Positions 57,946 through 64,000 of a stretch of DNA of 64,000 bases are shown here, in pieces. A model generated the notes under the pieces. It saw only the letters and a program-made list of their open reading frames with translations. It made no database searches and was not told the DNA's origin. Origin of the DNA: an uncultured Planctomycetia bacterium (GTDB taxonomy: Bacteria > Omnitrophota > Gorgyraeia > JAFGHF01); the NCBI GenBank assembly GCA_964586605.1, contig CAZPGX010000002.1:11648-75647 (forward strand), given 5' to 3'. The translations under genes were made by a program, and so were the position numbers. The stretch's first letter is position 1. The number at the start of each line of letters is the position of its first letter.

Positions 57946-58314
57946 TTAGCCTTTTCGGCTCCAGATGTACTTTATTATATTTTGAATTCTTTCCTTATCT
58001 TGGTCTTTAATGGCAATAAATTCAATGCCCGTATTGTAGCGCAAGGGCTTTTCTTTCTGTTTAGAAGCGAGTTCTTCAACCCACCTAACCTTGCCTCTTG
58101 AGAACACGGTGGGCAATGTATCTTTTAAATCTATTTCCAGGTCTACCTCTGCCGCCATTTCTATCTTCTGCCTAATTATTACGCGCAGGCCGAGCACGCT
58201 GATGTCTTCGGTGTGCGTAAGCAGGGACTGCGCAGGAACGGTATTTTTGCGCAGCGTAATCAGGCACGGATATTCTGCCCGCCTGAACCTGCGCCTATCC
58301 ACCCCATCCCACAT
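57946..58314 (-). CDS. PilZ-domain protein
   Basis: RRFRR (RxxxR), DISVLG, GKVRW, TGIEF. Confidence 0.85.
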   Translation of the reverse strand: MWDGVDRRRFRRAEYPCLITLRKNTVPAQSLLTHTEDISVLGLRVIIRQKIEMAAEVDLEIDLKDTLPTVFSRGKVRWVEELASKQKEKPLRYNTGIEFIAIKDQDKERIQNIIKYIWSRKG

Positions 58315-59107
58315 CGTTACCTCCCCTTAGTTTTTCTTGAATTCTTAAAATTGACCGGGCCTTGCCGGTCCGCTCATCTATATCCAAAACTACTCCGTGT
58401 AACTGGACGTTATCTCTGGCCATTTCAAAGCGCACCGGCCGCTGGGTCAAAAAACGCTCTAAAATCTGTTCAACCTTCCTTCCGATTACAGAGTCATATG
58501 GGCCGGCCATCCCCAGATCCGTGATATATGCGCTGCCGCCGGGCAATATCTTCTCATCCGCTGTCTGCACATGCGTGTGGGTGCCTAAGACGGCACTTAC
58601 TTTGCCGTCGAGAAACCAGCCCAGGGCAATCTTTTCGCTGGTAGCCTCGGCGTGCATATCCACTAAGATTACCGGCGTCTGACCCCTCATCTCCTCCACA
58701 GCGGCCTCGGCGCATTTAAAAGGGCACTCCAGGCTGGACATAAATACCCGCCCTTCCAAATTTAGCACGCCTACCTTTTGTTGGCCCTTCTTTGTTTTAA
58801 TGATACCCCAGCCTCTTCCAGGAGCCCCCGCAGGGTAATTCGCCGGGCGCAGGATTCTCATCTCCGAATCAATGATTTCCAGGACCTCGTTTTTCTTCCA
58901 GATATGGTCGCCGCTGGTAAGCATATCCAGGCCAAACCTGAAAAGCTCCTCGGCAATCCTAGGCGTAACCCCCGAGCCCCCGGCAGCGTTCTCGGCATTG
59001 GCAATGGATAAATCGATTTTGTGCTTTTTAACGAGCTGCGGCAGAAGCAGGCGAATTGCCTCCCTGCCGGGCTTGCCAACTATATCCCCAATAAATAGAA
59101 TCTTCAT
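58295..59107 (-). CDS. ymdB: YmdB-like metallophosphoesterase
   Basis: [42 protein letters not shown]; follows rny. Confidence 0.9.
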   Translation of the reverse strand: MKILFIGDIVGKPGREAIRLLLPQLVKKHKIDLSIANAENAAGGSGVTPRIAEELFRFGLDMLTSGDHIWKKNEVLEIIDSEMRILRPANYPAGAPGRGWGIIKTKKGQQKVGVLNLEGRVFMSSLECPFKCAEAAVEEMRGQTPVILVDMHAEATSEKIALGWFLDGKVSAVLGTHTHVQTADEKILPGGSAYITDLGMAGPYDSVIGRKVEQILERFLTQRPVRFEMARDNVQLHGVVLDIDERTGKARSILRIQEKLRGGNDVGWGG

Positions 59108-60678
59108 TTGGCGTAGTCGATTGCTCGCGTTTCGCGAATTACCATAACCTTAACCTGCCCCGGATACTCCAGGCCCTCTTCGATCTTTTTTCTGATCTCG
59201 CCGGCCAAAACTACTGATTCGGCATCGCTGACCTTATTCGGCTGCACAATTACTCTTATCTCCCTGCCGGCCTGAATAGCATAGGCCTTGCTTACACCTT
59301 TAAAAGAATCGGCTATGGATTCCAGCTTTTCCAGGCGCTTCACGTAAGACTCTAATGTCTCGCGCCTTGCCCCCGGGCGAGTTGCGCTAACGGCATCGGC
59401 GGCCTGAACCAATACGGCTAAAAGCGACCTGGCCTCAACATCCTGATGATGCGCGGCGATGGCATTGACTACCAACGGCCCCTCCCCGTATTTTTTGGCC
59501 AGCTCCGCCCCGATATTGGCATGGGTGCCTTCCACTTCATGGTCAACGGCCTTGCCGATGTCATGCAAGAGTCCCACCCTGCGGGCCAGGGCAAAATCTA
59601 TGCCCAGCTCGGAAGCCATTACCCCCAGAAGGTAGGCAACCTCTTTGGAATGCTGCAATACATTCTGCCCAAAGCTGGTTCTATATTTAAGACGGCCTAA
59701 CAGCTTAATCTCTTCAGGGTGCAACCTGTGCACGCCGGCATCGAAAGCGGCGCGCTTTCCTTCTTCCCGGATAGCCAATTCCATCTCCTGTTTAACCTTG
59801 ACCACCACCTCTTCAATCCGCGCCGGATGGATCCTCCCGTCGGCAATCAACCTCTCCAGGGCAACGCGGGCAATCTCCCTTTTTACCAGATTAAACCCTG
59901 AAAGCGTAACCGCCTCCGGCGTATCATCAACAATGACATCTATACCCGTGGCAATCTCCAGGGCGCGAATATTTCTTCCCTCTCGGCCAATAATTCTGCC
60001 TTTCATCTCGTCAGAAGGCAAGCTAACCACGCTAACCGTAGATTCAATCGTATGGTCGGCGGCACACCTTTGAATAGCCAGGCTAATTATCTCTCTGGAT
60101 TTTTTGTCGGCGGTCTCTTTGGCCTCCTCTTCTGTGCGCCTGATCATAGCAACGGCCTCAAGCTTTGCATCGCGTTCCATTCTCTCCAGGAGAATCCTCT
60201 TTGCCGCCTCGGCGGTTAAGCCGGAAACCCTCTGCAATCTTTGCTTTTCCTCTTCAATCAGCCTGCCCAACTCGCTGTTCTTGTTCTCCAGTGCCTTCTC
60301 AGCAAGGGTAATATTTTTTTCTCTGCGCTGGGCGTCTCTTTCTTTTCTCTCCAGGATATCAACCTTACGGTCGATATTTTCTTCTTTCTGCAGCTGCCTT
60401 CTTTCCAAAGCAGCCAATCTTTGCCTTGTCTCTTTAGTCTCTCTCTCGAATTCTGCCCGCGTCTTATAAAGCAGGTCTTTGGCCTCTAATTTTGCCTCGC
60501 GGCGGATATTCTCCGCCTCTTTCTCGGCTGCCTGGGTAATCTCTTTGGCTTTAGTCTCGGCAATCTTGACCTTCATCTCCGCAGCATACTTGCGAAGAAG
60601 ATAGCCTATGGCAAAAAAGATTATGCCGCTAAAAATACCCAAGGCGATGAGCCGCATAAGATTAAGTTCTATTATCAT
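59104..60678 (-). CDS. rny: Ribonuclease Y
   Basis: TM plus coiled coil, KH motif [16 protein letters not shown] motif [17 protein letters not shown]. Confidence 0.97.
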   Translation of the reverse strand: MIIELNLMRLIALGIFSGIIFFAIGYLLRKYAAEMKVKIAETKAKEITQAAEKEAENIRREAKLEAKDLLYKTRAEFERETKETRQRLAALERRQLQKEENIDRKVDILERKERDAQRREKNITLAEKALENKNSELGRLIEEEKQRLQRVSGLTAEAAKRILLERMERDAKLEAVAMIRRTEEEAKETADKKSREIISLAIQRCAADHTIESTVSVVSLPSDEMKGRIIGREGRNIRALEIATGIDVIVDDTPEAVTLSGFNLVKREIARVALERLIADGRIHPARIEEVVVKVKQEMELAIREEGKRAAFDAGVHRLHPEEIKLLGRLKYRTSFGQNVLQHSKEVAYLLGVMASELGIDFALARRVGLLHDIGKAVDHEVEGTHANIGAELAKKYGEGPLVVNAIAAHHQDVEARSLLAVLVQAADAVSATRPGARRETLESYVKRLEKLESIADSFKGVSKAYAIQAGREIRVIVQPNKVSDAESVVLAGEIRKKIEEGLEYPGQVKVMVIRETRAIDYAK

Positions 60679-60697
60679 GAAAACCTCCCCCGTGGAA

Positions 60698-61252
60698 TTA
60701 CGCAGAGATTAGTTTGGTAACGGGGATATCGTGGGAGAGTGCGGGAAGCGTCTCAACCAACTGAAAGTCAAAGGCCAGGCCAATGCGAGGAATGTCCGCA
60801 GGTAAGCTGGCCATGAATTTATCGTAATAGCCTCCTCCCCGGCCCAGGCGCCTGTTTTGCCGGTCAAAGGCCAGGCCGGGAACTACTACTAAATTTATCT
60901 TTTCCGGCGGCACTTCGCGGATACATTCATCGCGGGGCCGGAGTATTCCGTAGGGCCCCGGCACCAGGTCGGTTTTTGAGTCTTCTATTTGGGAAGCTAT
61001 TATTCTATTCTCTCCTTTTAATATTACCGGTACCGATATTTTCTTGCCGATTTTTAGGGCTTCCTCTATCATCAGATGCGTCTGGACTTCTTCCTTTGTG
61101 GCCAGATAGAACATCACCTGTTTTGCCCTTTTAAATTCGGCAAGCTCGAAAAATTTTTTCTTAATCAAAAAACTTTTCTGTAATCGCTGCTTGTTATTTT
61201 GTCTATCTAACTTCTCTTTGATCTCCTTTCTGAAACTATCCTTCAACATCAT
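60698..61252 (-). CDS. 5-formyltetrahydrofolate cyclo-ligase
   Basis: [23 protein letters not shown]. Confidence 0.92.
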   Translation of the reverse strand: MMLKDSFRKEIKEKLDRQNNKQRLQKSFLIKKKFFELAEFKRAKQVMFYLATKEEVQTHLMIEEALKIGKKISVPVILKGENRIIASQIEDSKTDLVPGPYGILRPRDECIREVPPEKINLVVVPGLAFDRQNRRLGRGGGYYDKFMASLPADIPRIGLAFDFQLVETLPALSHDIPVTKLISA

Positions 61253-62900
61253 TTTTATGCTTTTTAATATCGTCCCACTGAAAAGAGCCCATTACTGCCT
61301 GGGCAACGTTGGTCAGATGGTCGCCAATCTTCTCCAGGTTATTAATAAAATCCAAAAAAATGATCCCGGAGAGAATAAAACATGTGCCTTCATTCAGCCT
61401 CTGGATATGATTTTGCCGCAGTTCCATCTGCAATCTATTTAAGGTTTGCTCTCTCACCAGCGCCTTTTGGGCGTATTCATGACTGTCATTTTGCAAGGCA
61501 GATTTTACCTCTTCCAGCATCGAATTCACTTCGTTATATACCATCTGCAATTCTTCCAAGGCATTTTTAGTAAAAGGGAGTTTTTCCTCCAGCGCCCTTT
61601 CCGCCAGCTCCTGTAAATTTTCAGCGTGGTCGCCAATTCTTTCGATATCATTTACCGAGTGCAAAAGCGCAGGCAGCTTCTCCGACTCCTCGGGTGTAAG
61701 GTTGCGTTGGGAAACCTGTACCAGATATTGGGTAATCTCTTTTTGCAGGTTATCCACGGCTTCTTCCCGACGGGCAACCTCACCCAGCAGGCGTTCGTTG
61801 CGGCCGAAAAAACCCTGCATTGCACAGGATATAGCGTCTTGGGCAATACCCGCCATACGCACCAATTCCTTGGCGGCCTGGTCTAAGGCTAAAGGCGGGG
61901 TGTCCAGCAGGTGCCTCTCTAAAAACTTCGGCTCCGCCGGCAACTCTTCAACCTGGCCAGGAACTATCCAAAGGCAAACTCTTTCTAAAACTCCTATGAA
62001 AGGCAAAAAGACTATAGTATTTAAGAGATTAAATACTAAATGGGCATTGGCAATGTGGCGCATTATATTTGCGTTTACATCCCCGGGCGTAATAAACACA
62101 ATAAATTTGGCAAACCAGCCGTTATAAACAAAGACAAGTATATAACCGACGCCAAGGACATTAAATAGGGTATGGGCCCAGGCAGTCCGCCGGGCAGTGA
62201 GATTGGTTCCGATGCTGGCGAGCTGGGCGGTAATGGTGGTGCCGATATTAGCACCCAAAATTAAACTGACAGAAACTGGAAAAGTTAATAGTCCATTAAA
62301 GGCCATGGCCATTACCAAACCTGTTGTGGCACTGGATGATTGAATTATTGCTGTGAGTATTGCTCCAGCTACAACTCCTAGCAGGGGATTGGCACTGAAA
62401 TTAATCAAGGCCTGGCTGGTGAGGGGATTCTCTTTGAGTGGACCGAGGACCTGTTTCATAATTAAAAGGCCCAAAAAAAGCAGGCCAAAACCCAAAAGCA
62501 CCTGGCCCCAGAATTTCCAGGCCTTCCTTTTGGCCAGGACAAACAGGGCAAATCCTAAGCCGATTGCCGGCAGGGCGTACTGGTCGATTTTAAAAGCAAT
62601 AATCTGGGCGGTAATGGTGGTGCCGATATTGGCGCCTATAATCACGCCAATCGCCTGTTTAAGCGCCAAGAGGCCGGCATTAACAAACCCCACTGCCATC
62701 ACCGTTGTAGCGGAGGAGCTCTGGATTATGCCGGTGACTACTGCCCCCGTGCATACTCCTACTATTGTTTTATTGGTCAAAAACTTCAAAATCTGGCGCA
62801 GCTTGGCCCCGGCCAGTTTCTGGAAACCCTCGGAGAGCAATCGCATTCCAAAGAGAAACAAACCTAAACCACCGACTATACCAAAAACAATCTCTTTCAT
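61236..62900 (-). CDS. Na/Pi cotransporter with C-terminal PhoU domains
   Basis: GGLGLFLFGM, two QSSSATT..GANIGTTITA repeats, ERIGDH / EKIGDH. Confidence 0.93.
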   Translation of the reverse strand: MKEIVFGIVGGLGLFLFGMRLLSEGFQKLAGAKLRQILKFLTNKTIVGVCTGAVVTGIIQSSSATTVMAVGFVNAGLLALKQAIGVIIGANIGTTITAQIIAFKIDQYALPAIGLGFALFVLAKRKAWKFWGQVLLGFGLLFLGLLIMKQVLGPLKENPLTSQALINFSANPLLGVVAGAILTAIIQSSSATTGLVMAMAFNGLLTFPVSVSLILGANIGTTITAQLASIGTNLTARRTAWAHTLFNVLGVGYILVFVYNGWFAKFIVFITPGDVNANIMRHIANAHLVFNLLNTIVFLPFIGVLERVCLWIVPGQVEELPAEPKFLERHLLDTPPLALDQAAKELVRMAGIAQDAISCAMQGFFGRNERLLGEVARREEAVDNLQKEITQYLVQVSQRNLTPEESEKLPALLHSVNDIERIGDHAENLQELAERALEEKLPFTKNALEELQMVYNEVNSMLEEVKSALQNDSHEYAQKALVREQTLNRLQMELRQNHIQRLNEGTCFILSGIIFLDFINNLEKIGDHLTNVAQAVMGSFQWDDIKKHKNDVEG

Positions 62901-62951
62901 TCGTCCTTTTCTCTATTTAGTTAGACTTTTATTATACTATATCTAATTAAA

Positions 62952-64000
62952 TTAATCAACCTTACCCTTTTCCAGCTTCTCCAGCCATTCTTTAATCTTC
63001 TGCTCATAGCCAATTGCCGCGGGGATATAGTATTTTTTCTTAGTCGGGACATACTCTTGCTTCACAAAATGCCCGGGGTAGCTATGGGCGTATTTATAGC
63101 CCCGGCCATGCCCCAATCTTTCTGCCCCAGCATATCCCCCCACCCTTAAGGGTGGGGGCACCTGAAGGGTTCTGCCTTGTTCCACGTCGGATAAGGCCGC
63201 TTCTATTCCCTTATAGGCGGCATTACTTTTGGGCGCTGAGGCAATATAGACTGCGGCCTGGGCCAGGGGAATCCGCGCCTCGGGCAACCCGACAAATTCG
63301 CAAGTCTGCCAGGCCGCATTGGCTAAAACCAGGGCCTGAGGGTCGGCGTTGCCGACATCCTCGGCCGCGCAGATAACAATCCTGCGGGCAATGAAACGGG
63401 GGTCCTCTCCGGCATAAATCATCTTGGCCAGCCAATAAAGGGCGGCATCGGGATCGGAGCCGCGCATGCTTTTAATAAAAGCGGAAATCGTATCATAATG
63501 CCCGCCCTCATTCTTATCATAAACAACCGCCTTCTTCTGGATAGACTGCTCGGCTACTTCCAGGGTAAAGTCTATTGTTCCGCCTTTGCTGGATTTCGTG
63601 GTCAACGCCCCTACCTCCAGGGCATTTAGCGCCCGGCGGGCATCCCCCTCGGATAAACGGGCCAGATGGCGCAGCGCCTTATCCTCTATCTTGATGCGCA
63701 TTTTTCCCAAGCCGCGCCCTTTGTCCTTGAGGGCGTTTTTCAAGATTACAATAATCTCTTCTTCGCTTAAAGGATTTAAGGAAAAGACGATAGAACGGGA
63801 AAGTAACGGAGCCACTATGGAGAAAAACGGATTGTGCACTGTGGCGCCGATAAGCACCACATTTGCCTCTTCCACATCAGGCAAGACAACGTCTTGCTGG
63901 GCCTTGTTAAAACGGTGAATCTCGTCAATGAAAAGGATTGTTTTTTGCCGGGTGAGTTTCTTTCTCTGCCCGGCCGCAGAGATTATCTTGCGCATCGCCT
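62952..64000 (-). CDS. rarA: Replication-associated recombination protein A (5'-truncated by window)
   Basis: FIDEIHRFNKAQQD, GDARRALN, HYDTISAFIKSMRGSDPDAA, EDVGNADP, PKSNA, GYKYAH. Confidence 0.95.
   Translation of the reverse strand, partial: AMRKIISAAGQRKKLTRQKTILFIDEIHRFNKAQQDVVLPDVEEANVVLIGATVHNPFFSIVAPLLSRSIVFSLNPLSEEEIIVILKNALKDKGRGLGKMRIKIEDKALRHLARLSEGDARRALNALEVGALTTKSSKGGTIDFTLEVAEQSIQKKAVVYDKNEGGHYDTISAFIKSMRGSDPDAALYWLAKMIYAGEDPRFIARRIVICAAEDVGNADPQALVLANAAWQTCEFVGLPEARIPLAQAAVYIASAPKSNAAYKGIEAALSDVEQGRTLQVPPPLRVGGYAGAERLGHGRGYKYAHSYPGHFVKQEYVPTKKKYYIPAAIGYEQKIKEWLEKLEKGKVD

Noticed and set aside
60679-61260. 6S RNA expected near the 5-formyl-THF cyclo-ligase and rny genes
   Set aside because: There is no intergenic space; the upstream gene overlaps the cyclo-ligase start.

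Overview
A 64-kb bacterial chromosomal window (standard code 11), almost all on the minus strand. The gene complement suggests an anaerobe, possibly Ca. Omnitrophota/PVC; this is inference only. The backbone is housekeeping: purine genes, glyA, nrdR, trehalose otsAB/treT, eno, an Rnf complex, feoAB, a 2-oxoacid:ferredoxin oxidoreductase, gltX, dxs, xseAB, rny and rarA. Accessory or unusual elements: (1) an initiator tRNA-fMet gene split at U33/C34 by a 644-nt group I intron that encodes an I-Ssp6803I-like PD-(D/E)XK homing endonuclease in its P1 loop; (2) a ~12.6-kb corrinoid uptake/salvage operon with two cobalamin riboswitches, two PP-loop amide ligases and no cbiP; (3) small islets at tRNA-Glu, tRNA-Leu and tRNA-Gln, namely an ATPase flanked by a tRNA 3'-end duplication, an orphan integron-like cassette and a four-helix-bundle gene; (4) dispersed 7-bp tandem arrays and short palindromes, several in frame inside housekeeping proteins; (5) a FIST / histidine kinase / REC-GGDEF module and two PilZ genes. 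No CRISPR array, rRNA, integrase or transposase was seen. All family calls come from motif recognition, not database searches.
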